64,000 nucleotides of DNA from the NCBI GenBank assembly GCA_951406725.2, contig OX597815.1, positions 40,052,001 to 40,116,000 of the forward strand. The letters are read 5' to 3'. Both the position numbers and the translations under genes were made by a program. The notes under the pieces were generated by a model that saw only the letters and a program-made list of their open reading frames with translations, was not told the DNA's origin and searched no databases. Within the stretch, counting starts at the first letter, position 1, and each line of letters opens with the position of its first letter. Below, one piece after another: positions 1 to 11,879 of the stretch. The stretch comes from Octopus vulgaris (Eukaryota).

Positions 1-40
1 CCTCTCTGTGTTTAGCCCCTTATGGGTAGTAAAGAAATAA
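1..40 (+). mobile_element. 3' tail of a tRNA-derived SINE (cut by the window edge)
   Basis: gtgtttagccccttatgggtagtaaagaaata matches the tail of the SINE at 15191-15597. Confidence 0.7.
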
Positions 41-65
41 TAATAATAATTATTATTATTATTAT

Positions 66-614
66 TGAGTGAGAGAGCAGCCATCAAAGTGACACTGGGG
101 TAAAATATACGAAGCCCAATATACCCATCATGACTACCCGTCTGATAAAGGTACACCAGGCACATGCATTACAACCATATGTGCGCGACATGGTGATCTC
201 ATATCAAGATAAACAGCACATGACCTTGCAGGTGGGGCCCAGTTAGAATTTTCTTCAGGTTGAGTAGCCCATCCCGCTCAAAAGGTCCCTGAATAAGGGT
301 TGTTTAAGGATGTTGAAAGAACCACCCATGTTTCCAGAGGTGAATTATTCAAACCCCAAAGAATCCCTCTCAACACATGGCTATGATGCTCCCCCACTAC
401 TTCTGCTTGTGATCAGAGATGCACATATTGTCAGCCACTAAGGGACATGCTCAACTGGTTAAAGTCAAACAACTGACAAGCAAATCTGTGGTATTGAGCA
501 GAATATTTGCTGTAGCCCATCTTTTATACCAAGACAAAACAATGTACATGATAACACTTCCAATCAGTTAAGATCAGAAGCCATGAGAGCCTCTGCCTGG
601 TACTGCATCAGGGC

Positions 615-617
<3 letters not shown>
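66..617. repeat. ~550-bp non-coding, probably interspersed element embedded in (TAA)n arrays
   Basis: Higher-complexity block with sharp borders against ATT arrays on both sides. No ORF. Confidence 0.5.
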
Positions 618-687
<70 letters not shown>

Positions 688-691
<4 letters not shown>

Positions 692-765
692 TCACTGCCT
701 GGAATCGAACTCGGAATCTTGGGGTTAGTAGCCCGTGCTCTTAACCACTACTCTATATGCAGTGA

Positions 766-810
<45 letters not shown>

Positions 811-995
811 CAACAACAACAACAACATCGAAAAATGAGAACCCAGGTTCTAAATTTCCTCAAGACACCTGATGAAGGCTGGAGGGTATATCAGCCAAAA
901 CGTTGTGTTAACAACAAACAAGATGAGGACAAATATCCGTCAATTGTAAATGATGTAAATAATGTACATAATTCCTCATCTCTTAAATATAGAAC
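688..995. mobile_element. Short element: inverted tRNA-like head (688-760, minus) + (AAT/AAC)n + Penelope-type tail with hammerhead motif (plus)
   Basis: Minus strand has A-box-like TAGTGGTTAAG and B-box GAGTTCGATTCC. Inverted repeat CAGGTCACTGC/GCAGTGACCTG. Hammerhead motif at 864-909. Confidence 0.65.
864..909 (+). ncRNA. Minimal type I hammerhead ribozyme motif, with G12->A substitution
   Basis: acac-CTGATGA-a-GGCTG-loop-CAGCC-[A]AAA-CGT-T-gtgt. Stem I acac/gtgt, stem II GGCTG/CAGCC, palindromic stem III ACGT. Confidence 0.7.
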
Positions 996-1216
996 TGTTC
1001 AAAACTTTTCCTCTAAAGACGCTGGTTGTTTAACCAAAATAAAACTGCAAATTTTTATCATTAATAGTATTTAGTTTATCAGATTCATACTCAAATACAC
1101 GCGCGCGCGAACACACAGAGACATATAAGAATATATATATGAAATTAAATATTAAACACTTTTGTTCTCAAAATATTATCGTTCACATTACATAGCCTAT
1201 ATATGTTATGTAAACG

Positions 1217-1278
<62 letters not shown>

Positions 1279-1396
1279 AATATATATATATAAAGTTAAT
1301 CCAAACATGAAAACACAAAGAGAAAATACAACAACGTGTGGACGTGGAACAAGTATAGTGTTATTGGACGCTCAGGAAATGAAAGAAATAAGGAGG

Positions 1397-1430
1397 ATTT
1401 AACGTTTCGAGCGGAGCTCTTCGTCAGAAA
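1397..1430 (-). ncRNA. Minimal hammerhead ribozyme motif in a Penelope-like pLTR remnant (~1296-1509)
   Basis: Minus strand reads ttt-CTGACGA-a-GAGC-tcc-GCTC-GAAA-CGT-T-aaa. Core is intact, stem II is 4 bp, stem I is weak (3 bp). Confidence 0.7.
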
Positions 1431-1508
1431 AATAAGAAAAGGAAAGATCCAAGGAAGGGAAAACGGAGGGAAAAAATCGCCAACGATACACACGAGGTCA
1501 CATATTGA

Positions 1509-1568
<60 letters not shown>

Positions 1569-1570
<2 letters not shown>

Positions 1571-2443
1571 GGGGTGGGAAGGGTAAAGTGTAACTATTTT
1601 ATATTCTTTATACTGCAAGCGCATTGTTTGTTTTTTTATTTTGTTGACTACACAGTAGAGTAGGTCAGTTGGGTACCGTCTGTGACAAAAACAGCTCCAT
1701 CACGCAATTCACTCTGCCAGAAATTTGGAAACGACATGCTGTACTGCTTGGCATTCGCGCCGGAAGCTCCAATATCAACACTTCAGAGTGTTTGGGTGCC
1801 AATCTGAGGACAGTGCATGTACCGAGAGTGAAAAAAATCAAACATCCGGTCAACATCATGGTGTTTGGAATGATCACTAGTGATGACGATGTTATACCGC
1901 CATTCATTTTCTCATACGGTCTCAGACTCAACACGGAGGTCTACATTTGGTGCCTGAAGGAAGTTGTGCTGCCCTGGGTCAAGAGAGTGACTGCTGGAAG
2001 ACCCTATGTCGAGCAACAGGTCTCTGCACCATGCCACACAAGCAAGAGAACCTTGTCATGGCTGTCAAATAATTTCTGCGACAACATCACCCCCGACATC
2101 CGGCCACCTAATTCCCCAGACTGCAACCCCCTTGATTATTATGTGTGGGACGCAGTTGAGCGAAAAACCAACAAAACTCCTTGTAACACCAAAGATGAAC
2201 TGAAGGCAAAGATAATGGCAGCATTCACCAACTTGAACAAGGAGACCGTCCAGAAGAGTTGCGGGAGATTCTGAAGTCGTTTAGAGCCGTGGTTGACGCC
2301 AATGGCGATTTTATTGAATAAATTTACTCTCTAGTATTTCAAGATATTTTAGTGTATTTTTGGTAAATATAACTGTTAAAATGAGATATCAGTGTTATTT
2401 TCATTTTTGCGTAATTTAGACGACGGCTTATTCACTGCACCCA
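1569..2443 (+). mobile_element. Tc1/mariner DD37D (maT-like) transposon, internally deleted; ORF 1669-2274
   Basis: 'QQ(V)SAPCH ... PPNSPDCNPLDY' gives 37 residues between the 2nd and 3rd catalytic positions. Degenerate TIRs resemble those of the copy at 16456-17332. Confidence 0.85.
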
Positions 2444-2563
2444 GTCGATAATGTCGTCTAAATTATGGTGCCCAGCTGACCCTACTATACAGTGTAGTCG
2501 ACAAACAATGCGCATGCGCGAAATTGAAAATATAAAAGGCGACAATTTATCCATCGCATCCTG
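2444..2563 (-). mobile_element. ~120-bp MITE-like derivative of the same DD37D family
   Basis: A 5' end (TIR ...ccatcgcatcctg|TA at 2563) is fused to a piece of the 3' end (gtcgtctaaatta). Confidence 0.6.
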
Positions 2564-3049
2564 TATGTGTGTGTATGCGTGCATATATATATATATGCTT
2601 TCATTCTTTTCTTCTTTTTTCGCTTTAGCCCATTTTCCCACTATTGCGCTTTCTAATACAAGCCCTTATTTCCTTTTCCAAATAAAAGATAATATATTCT
2701 ACTGATTTCATCGATCTAAAATATGTAAAAACCATGCGCGCGCACATTCACAGACGCATATACACATATTTATGTGTATGTACATGCAAAGGTGTATATA
2801 TATAAAGAGAGTGAGAGAGCGAGAGGAAGGGGGAGAGAGTAACGTCTATGTACAAATGTATCAATATGTGTGCATATATATATATATATAGTAGAAACTA
2901 TTGATACTGAAGTTAGAGTATCGATTGTGCAATTACCGTGGATGACGTCAGGTAGCCATAAGTAGTGAACGTGCTTTGCCGACATACTACCCAAAATGCA
3001 GTTTAAATTTTTAATTTAAGTCGAAACTTTAATTATAACTTAGCTATAT

Positions 3050-3560
3050 TTATATCCATGAAGGAGGAAGCTGAACAAATGCTAAATATTACAGACCTAT
3101 CTCTCTAACTTCACATATTAGCAAGGTCATGGAACGCATTGTCAGAAAGAGACTGGTCACGTTCCTGGAAGAGAATAACTTACTCACAAACACACAACGG
3201 GGGAGGAGCTGCCTCACATAGCTACTACAACATTATGATCTGGTGCTGAAACAGCATCTCAACCGCTCAAATGTAGATGTGGTATATCTCGATTTTGCTA
3301 AAGCCTTTGACAAAAATGATCATGGGATGACATATCACAAACTACGTCACCTTGGCATCACTTGAAAACTGGGAGAGTGGCTGTACGATGTTTTAAAGAA
3401 CAGAAGTTTGACAGTGGCAACCAATAGTGCTCTCCCTAAGGAGACATCAATCCGCAGCGGATTTTTTCGGGGAACTGTACTGAGACCACTATTGTTTGTA
3501 TTGGCTCTCACGGGCATGCCGTCAGTCGTACACTCAGTCACTCTCACCAGCTATGCTGAA
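3050..3560 (+). mobile_element. CR1/L2-like LINE reverse transcriptase fragment (decayed)
   Basis: Translates to YRPISLTSHISKVMERIV...VDVVYLDFAKAFDK...GTVLRPLLFVL...SYA, with frameshifts and stops. Confidence 0.8.
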
Positions 3561-4288
3561 CTCAATACGTAACAACAAAGTACTTTGTTTCCATGTTCTC
3601 CATGATATTCTCACAATAAGCGTTTACATGCAATTTTGAATAAACAGGACTAACGCATTCACGAAAATTATTTCAAAATATGAGTCAAGAAAATGAAAGG
3701 TATGTTCCTGATACCATAAAACTCAAAGACAAATTTGAGAGGGTTGTTAGATTTCTAGACTTTGCTAAAGTCAATGATCTATCAGAAACCACCCACTCAA
3801 TATAGGAATGCTTTAACATTGACTGCTTTCAGTTGTCAGGTCCTATATCACTTGTGAAATATGTAATAAATAGTAGACTGAGTAGAATTCAACAAAAACA
3901 AGACAATGTTTCACGGTCAAATATAAAATCATCATAGAACAAATAGTTCTTAACCTACCACTAAATTTATGTGCGATAATACAAACAGATTCAATAATGA
4001 CTTAGTATTTAGAATAATGATATAGTATTTAATGAGATAGCAAAAGATAATTATTTTTTAATAAACTAGAATGAATAATAACATTAAATTATAAAAGTTA
4101 ACTTTTATAACATTATCTAAGTTAATGAAAAATAATTTTCATCTGCGATATGGAGCAATGTATATTTGTAAATGTTCATATCATTATTAAAACGGTTGAT
4201 ATTATTTCACATACTCTAAACAGAAATTTAGTAGTCTGATAAGAGCTGTTTGTGGGAGGGAAGTATGGTGTACACTTTAATGCAATTC

Positions 4289-5472
4289 AAAATATTGAAC
4301 ATAGCTAATTAAGTTGATGACGTAATATCAATAATCTCACCGATAAAAATATTAAAATGTGGTTATTATCTAAATGTTCTATATTTCACATGAATATGCT
4401 GATAGGGAAATGGTCAGGAGCATTTTACAAGAATTTTGAGGATATCAAAATTTTCGGGAATATAATTCTACATTCCAAGAATATCGTAGGCTGAATGTTT
4501 ATTCGCCATTATTTGTCACGTTCACATTCAATTTCTTCTAAATTGCTTCCGAGAAGGATTAAACTTGAAATCCGTCTAACTACATTTCTAGAAGCACTGA
4601 AATCTATTTCAAGATTAGTTTATGAATTGTAATTTTTCTTTAACTTTTTGAATTGCACAAATGTAGAAAAAAATTTCTATTAACTGTTTTGCTTGTTATT
4701 CAAGATTCTTACAGTAAGTTTCAAAAGGCTTCTGAGTTTTAAGGGCGTATTTGGATCTTTTTCTAAATCACGATGAAATAAAGTGAGATCATTCTCAAAC
4801 ACTTGATCAATTCAAGCATCACGTCAATAGATTTCCCAAAATCTTAGTTTAATATTAAGCTTATTAGGATGTAAAGCAAAGTCAGTGAAAAACAAAAATT
4901 TACTGAGCCAAGCAAAATCCTTTAGTTGCAGAAAATTAAGTTCTATGCTTTTCATATCAAAAAGTAGGCTGATTTTACTTTAAAATTCCACAAACAATTG
5001 AACCACGACTTAAACATTGTACTTTAGTAAACTATTATAAAGTGATTCATCTTCATTTAAAAGTAAGTTAAATTTACTTTCCTGCCAAACCCTGATCCAC
5101 ATCATCAAGAGCTTTACAGCCTACTTTTGCGCATGGCACTTCCTATGTATAATACAATCGAGAGAATAGGAGGAATCATCACAGCTTCTGTAAATTGCTT
5201 CACAAAATAAATATCTCAGACTACTGTATTAGTGGTACCGTCTGTAATAATCCAAAATACTTTTGACAAATTTATCTTTCCCGTAAGCATTAACACTATG
5301 ATCATACCAGATTTTCATTCGTAGCTTTTGAGGCAAATTCTCTAATTTAATCAACCATTCATGAATGAAAATTTCCTAAAATATTGAACATAGCTAATTA
5401 AGTTGATGACGTAATATCAATAATCTCACCGATAAAAATATTAAAATGTGGTTATTATCTAAATGTTCTATA
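4289..5472 (+). repeat. 95-bp identical direct repeat (4289-4383 and 5378-5472)
   Basis: aaaatattgaacatagctaatt...taaatgttctata occurs twice, 1089 bp apart. Confidence 0.9.
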
Positions 5473-6706
5473 ATTCGACATTTTAAATGAGCATTTCTTT
5501 TCATGGGCTTGCCTTCAGTAGTATTTCTTCTTATTGCTAACGTACTATCATGCTTTATAAAAGCTGTACAATGAAAGTTATCAAGTAAAATTATGCACAT
5601 TTAACAAAAGCATCTTTAATAAGCTCATTACTTATTGATTTTCCATGATCAGCAATACGAAAGCTTGCAGCTATTAAATGGGTAAGTTCAGGACTGTTTC
5701 CGCTTATGCGTTTTTTGAAGTATTCAGTAGTTTCTTTTTTCTTGTGTATGGCTGGTGGTTAGTCTCAAAATCATTTTTTAGAATCCTTTTTACAGAGTTC
5801 TATTCACAGTCGGTTCTCAAAAACATGCAAAAATTTTTATTGCCTTTATCAAAGATACCAGCCCATCAATCTTGAAAATGTCTGCCACTTCCTATATGTG
5901 ATAGCTTAATTTTTTAATTAATAATCGATATCATCGTGATTAAGTTAGAAGAAATTGAAATTAAAGAATTGAAAAAAGTTAATATCATGCACTTACCCTA
6001 TGATGTTACTTTGTTCAAATGAACTATGATGAGTTGCTAATTTGTTAAATTGTAAGCGATCTGTAAATCATATGCTGTAATGTAAAATGTAATGCCAGAA
6101 GGTCATGAGTTGATTAACTGGACTTTGAGCAAGATACTTCATTTAACATTGCGCCAGTCTATTCAGTGGAAAATTAGTACCAGCTACAACTGGAGGCTTT
6201 CTTGCAACATGCTGGTGTCCCATTCGCTGGGGGAAATCTTGTTACTCTCAGTCGTTGTGTGCATAGAGACGGGAATAAGCATCGGCTTTATGAATCTGTG
6301 AGTATAAGCCAGAACTTTAATATTACAAAACATTGAAAAATATAATGTTTTAGTAGATATGTTAAACTTTTAAAAATCATTGTCAGATTTAGCAAGATTT
6401 TTAAATAATAATAATAATAATAATATTGTAGGAAGATCTTTTTCGAAATCCATCATCTATCACCGAAAATCCCACGGCTTGTCACTGCTAAATAGCGCGT
6501 AGTAAGTTTATCTATCAATCTATCTCCCTTTCTATCACGCTCTTTTTTCTTCCTCTTTCTCTCCTCTCTCTCTCTCTTTCTACATATATATTAAATGTGT
6601 ATTGTTTGAGTACATTTTATCTTTTTTTTTTAAACTTTTATCTTTGCAGACAAAAAAACCCCACCTATTCAAGACCTTTTACTCTTTGATACAGAGTTCG
6701 AAGAAA

Positions 6707-7037
6707 ATGGTACAAAACGTAATTATTGATAGCTATTACGAATTCCAGTCAGAAAACATGACAATTGAAGACGTTACCTCTTTCATAACAGAACCACCGA
6801 ACAGTACGAGAACTTGGAATAGTTCAGCACTAGAAAGACTTCTCGAAATAAATATGGGACCTCGACAAATCAGTTCACCTTGGAGTCTTACCACACTCTA
6901 CGCCATCATATTCCTGTTGGGATTATTTGGGAACCTTTGTACATGTATTGTAATAATCCGCTACCGTCATATGCATTCAACAACCAATTTCTACCTCTTC
7001 TCTTTGGCAGTTTCTGATATTCTTATACTGGTTGTAG
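6707..7037 (+). CDS. Neuromedin-U/PRXamide (pyrokinin/CAPA)-receptor-like class A GPCR, first coding exon (N-terminus, TM1, TM2)
   Basis: ATG at 6707 (MVQNVIIDS...). N-glycosylation sequons NMT/NST/NSS. TM1 'LYAIIFLLGLFGNLCTCIVI', then 'MHSTTNFYLFSLAVSDILILVV'. Donor G|GTGAGT after 7037 (phase 1). An upstream polypyrimidine tract ending TTGCAG at 6649 suggests a 5'UTR intron. Confidence 0.93.
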
Positions 7038-7225
7038 GTGAGTGGTTTCCATTTCTTTTTGATTTGTTGTTAAAGATGACTTACTTAAATCCGAATGCTG
7101 CATTCAGATCAATAAGCAGTTGAATTATTTCCAAAGGAGTGATTTCAGCTCTCCGCTCATAGTTTTATAGCGTAGTTATTATTATTACTGTTATTATTAT
7201 TATCATTGTTACTATTGTTACTATA

Positions 7226-7226
<1 letters not shown>

Positions 7227-7321
<95 letters not shown>
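7227..7321. repeat. (ATT)n microsatellite
   Basis: Visible in sequence. Similar arrays at 617-687, 26330-26388, 30470-30560, 31116-31222, 32380-32466, 35468-35582 and 36253-36339. Confidence 0.95.
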
Positions 7322-7694
7322 GATACATTTCACTTCTCAGAGCTCTCAATTTTAATTGCTAATTCTGTAAGAACGGACAACAACCTGTTATCAAGGGTCT
7401 CACGGGGTCATCTTTCACAATACTTAAATACAAGTACTTGTATCATTTTTGTTGTTGTTGTACCACCAGAAGTGAAGAATAGCATCATTGGTTACAGATT
7501 TCGAATCATCGGTTTAAAATACTTAACAGCCAGAGTAAACAGGGAATTATCTAATCCGGAGAAACACATATCGTAAAGCACTTTTATCTGAAATTACCGC
7601 TCTTCAATTTATTCGCCTTCTATTACAACTGTTGCAGATAGATAGATGGATTTTACGCCCCAATCCACGTACACACACACGTGTAAATATATAT

Positions 7695-7747
<53 letters not shown>

Positions 7748-7879
7748 TGCTCCACCTCCACATTTCCCATTTATCAAATTCCACCGTCAAAAAGTACTTT
7801 CCAACTTGAGCGCAATGAGATCGTGACTGCGAAACAAATTTCTTGACTACACAGCATTGCGTGCATCAATGCTTCGTCT

Positions 7880-8390
7880 TAATCCCGTAGTCTGTTTCAC
7901 TAAGTATGATAGGGCCTTATAAGTACAGTACAGCTTGTTAAAAATCAAGTAGAATTGTTCCAAGCAATTAACAAACAGAAGCTTACTTTAAGTGATGTTG
8001 AAAATCTAAAAACAACAAGCAAAATAAAGCTGATCAAACTTCTTTGGACAATGCAGATAATGTACATTGAAGTAGCTCTCGCCTTTAAAACCAGCTGGTG
8101 AAAACAACGGACAGATTTTAGTTTTATTAGGCCTTCTCAATGAAGAATAGTCTACTTAATTTGCAAGATCTGGTTGAGAAAGGCTTTACTTCAGGGAAAC
8201 ATATGATCTGGAACCCACAAGGGGAGTGGGAGAGAGAATACTCTAAAAATAGCTGATGACGAGATACACAGCCAGAACGAAATAAGCAGGAATCCAACTT
8301 GAGAGAAGAAGAAAAGACTGCCCATAATCTGGAACAGTGGATAAAAATAGCGATGGCCTATGCTTCATATGGTGCGAAAGGCTTAAGCAT
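7880..8390 (+). mobile_element. RTE-like LINE 3' fragment (decayed)
   Basis: Remnant 'WNPQG..R' C-terminal motif and an RTE-like 3' end (gcctatgcttc...aggcttaag). Confidence 0.45.
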
Positions 8391-9153
8391 GTAACTACTC
8401 TATATAGTCGCTGTATAGTATGTAATTACTTTATATAGTCTTCCTATGTGAGTAGAAAGTATTTCACCGAGTAGGTCTAGTAACACTGAGGTATATTCAT
8501 TGCTTTCACCGTTTGGATTTAAAACCTAGTTCCACCCTACTTTACATTATATATGTTGTCCAAATATTTCTATCAAAAAGTCGCATTGCTTACTGTTTTT
8601 GAGTTTGAAACCCTTCAAGTAGGTGGGGGTTACATTTTCTGTTAATTACAAGAGTGATTACAATAAATTTTCAAGCTCATTATGTTATGTATGTAAGACT
8701 ACATTTGTATTTAGTACACTGTTGTATTTTCCCTCGGTCATATTGTTAAATGTCATACAGTATGTAGTTTACAATCTTTCTTGTTCTGAAATTAATTTGG
8801 TGCAACAGACTAAGGTCCATCTCGCCATCGATTCTAAGATCGATAACCTACGGAGCAGCGACATAATTGATATTGATTCCATCGATTTTATTTTCTCTTG
8901 TATAAAATGTTACCTAATGTCTATCAAATTAAATTCTTATTAATAATATTCATACAATCTCAGCTATAATGGTATTAGATACAAACCACACACAAACACA
9001 CACACACACACACAAATACATACACACAAACACTGTATATATAAATATATACATATCGTCAAACTATATGTATATATTTATATAATGAAACTAATATACC
9101 TGCTTATAGTTCCCTCACCTGTCTTTGTCTTTTGTTTTCTGTACATTTGAACT

Positions 9154-9216
<63 letters not shown>

Positions 9217-9344
9217 TTAAATGTAGATATATATATATAGTAGAAATTTACAGAAAAACAAAAGATGAAGACAGATGTATGAACAACAAGCAGGTGTGTT
9301 AGTTTGACGCTCGGGAAAGTGAGAAAGTCTTTTACACTCTTCAA

Positions 9345-10597
9345 CATGGTGCGTAAGATATCTGAGTACAAATTATGTTTATAAAAAAAAAACAAATATA
9401 TAATAACAGATGATAACTTTATCAAAAAATGCTATGAGGAGAAAAAATAAACCTTCTTTTCTATAATGTTATTCAATAAAGCCACCTTCAGCTATAACAA
9501 CTGCTTCTATATGAGATCTAAATCATCTACATGCTCGAATAAAATGGTCCTGGTTCATTTTGGACATTACTCTGACTATGGCAGCTTTCAAAGTATCTTT
9601 GCTGTTATGGGTGTGTTCATTGACCTCTCTCTCAACAACGCTCCGCATGTAATAGTCCAATGAATTGTGATCTGGGGAATTAGGAGGCCAAATGTTAGGG
9701 ATTGTGTGATCATGAAAAATTTCAGCCATCCATTCCTGTGTTACTAAAGCCAGGTGTGATAGTGCAGACTCTTACTGAAACACATATGGCCTTCCATTGC
9801 ATACACTGTTTATCCAGGGCTTAAAATTGTTTCCAGGACCTCAACGTAGGCAGCAGAGTTAACTCTAAGGCCTTGTAGAAAGAGGTAAGGAGGCATCACA
9901 TGTCCTTCATTGCTGACAACTTCTAAAGCCATGACAGTTGCAGGAAATTGTTTATGCATAACACTTGGAAATTCAGAAGGGTCTGCACATAACCATCTGT
10001 CATTTCTTCTGTTAACGTTTTGATCTCGGTCGAAGTTTTTCTCGTTTGAGAAAAACCAAATCAAATCTTCTTCTGCTAGATTTTTCAGTTTAAGAACCTT
10101 TTAGATCTGATGTAGTGATTTTCTTTTGCTTTTTCTGACAAACTGACGTTTCCTCGTCATATAAGACTTATATCTGATGTCTTCGTGGACAACATTTCTG
10201 ACTGTTCCTTCTGACACGTGGAGAACTTTTGCACTCGACCTCATGGACTTTCTGAGATTGCAAACAATCGTCTGTTGAACTTGCTGGATAAATTCAAGTA
10301 TTCTGGTGATTTCAGAACATTTAGCATGCTTTTCATGCTTTAATACTGGTGACACGTTTCCATTTTCAGTCTCCTTGGGAACTTTGTAGACGAAAGATCT
10401 GGTAACTTTTAAAAATTGAGATATTTCTAAACCGCTTTGCTCAACCTTTAAAACCACAATAACAGCATACCTCTTCATTTCTTGAGTAAGATGAGGGTCT
10501 GCCATTATTATTTTCTGAAACAAAGATTATACAGAGTTGGCAAAAAATGCAGCAATGACCCAAAAAAGGTATGTCCTCAAATACCTTACGCACCCTG
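9345..10597 (-). mobile_element. Tc1/mariner DD37D (maT-like) transposon, near full length, pseudogenised
   Basis: TIRs catggtgcgtaagatatctgagtaca and reverse complement cagggtgcgtaaggtatttgaggaca. ORF pieces: HTH region, 'WFFSNEKNF...NRRNDRW' and 'WPPNSPDHNSLDY'. Confidence 0.88.
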
Positions 10598-11289
10598 AAC
10601 AGATCTCACCATTATTATTGTTTACTTAAGAAAACAACAAGTTCTTTTCACATCATTTCAATATCTACAACAAAAAAGCTTTCAAAAGATTACCAAAGAG
10701 TTAGCTATATTCTATGTTGCAGGTATTTTGTATTACAATGTATAACGTGTGTGTGAGAGAGGGAGAGAGAAAGAGAAAGCTTTCCCCTGTAAAGATTCGA
10801 AAACGCTATTTCCCATATCAGACAAGTCCTCAGTTTTCATTTGTAATACCACTCAAATCTAAAGACAGTTCGTTGTTCTTTAAGCCTCATGGCGATATCA
10901 TGAGAAAACTGAGCACTTCACAGATATTTTTTAGAATACCTCGGTTATTGATGAAAATAATGAGCTTCAGGAAGATATTATCCTTGAGATAATGGACTCT
11001 CTTACTATCGATGAGATCAAAGAAAATAAAATTTTAAAACATTAATACTGTGAAGGCACCGACTCTCTTCCGTGAGATTGATGGGCTTGCTGTAGAGATC
11101 CACCATCTAATTTCAAACGTCACATCAGGTGATCAATCGTACACAGATTTATACATATAAACACATATATATACATACATATATGCATTCATAACATGCA
11201 TACATGCATACATACATACATACATATAAAGCATAACACCTTTTCGTTTTTAGCATTAAAAGAAACAATCCTGTCGGGGTTTTTTAAAC

Positions 11290-11810
11290 CTTTTAGCGTT
11301 GGGGGTGGGGTTTATTGAAACGCTGTCCTACAAATGTAGTGCCAGCTGGGTGGGATTGGGGAATGTTTTGGCGTTGTTCGTTGGTATTTATGGTTTTTCT
11401 TTTTGCTTGGGGAGGAGAGTCCGAGGTGCTTTCTTTTTTCCGTTTGTATGTAACTGTTGTGTAATCCATATCTACTTGTTCAATTTCTTTTGTTTGTTTT
11501 TTCTTCTTCCTCTTGTTCTTCATTCTGTTTTTCATTTTGTTTCTTTCCATCCTTCTGTTTTTCGTTATTTTCTTTTGTTAGTGCTGCGTTCTCTTGTTTC
11601 TTTTTCTCTGTATTTTTCTCAACGTTTTTTTTGGGGGGGGTGGGATTCAACTGTTTTTTTTTCTTCGTGCAAGTAGAGCAAACGTGACCCTTCTGCCCGC
11701 ACTTAAAACACCTGGGCCTACGTCCCTCCACCGACACACGAATTGTATGCCCCTCCCCCACGTGGTCAGCTTCCTCTTGACAATTCGTTCCATGACATTG
11801 CTGACATGTG
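11290..11810 (-). mobile_element. Tx1/L1-like LINE ORF1 fragment with CCHC zinc knuckle
   Basis: 'VEGRRPRCFKCGQKGHVCSTC' followed by a K/E/Q-rich tail. Confidence 0.7.
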
Positions 11811-11879
11811 TGGTTAGAGAGACAGGCCTTCTTTATGAATAGGATATATTATGCCTTCCTTTAATTTTCTTGAAAGTCT

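Noticed and set aside
3560-6000. Possible heavily decayed DNA transposase (hAT-like) on the minus strand
   Set aside because: Only a vague coding-like texture, with no diagnostic motif or TIRs identifiable by eye. A translated search is needed.
6602-6706. N-terminal extension of the GPCR ORF from the TTG start in the ORF track
   Set aside because: It overlaps a polypyrimidine tract and splice acceptor (AG at 6648-6649). The first ATG is at 6707. An upstream coding exon cannot be fully excluded.
8250-8290. CTGATGA...GAAA as a hammerhead (similar partial hits near 13385-13400, 49867-49905 and 63785-63807)
   Set aside because: No convincing stem I/II pairing, or GAAA is missing. Consistent with chance matches.
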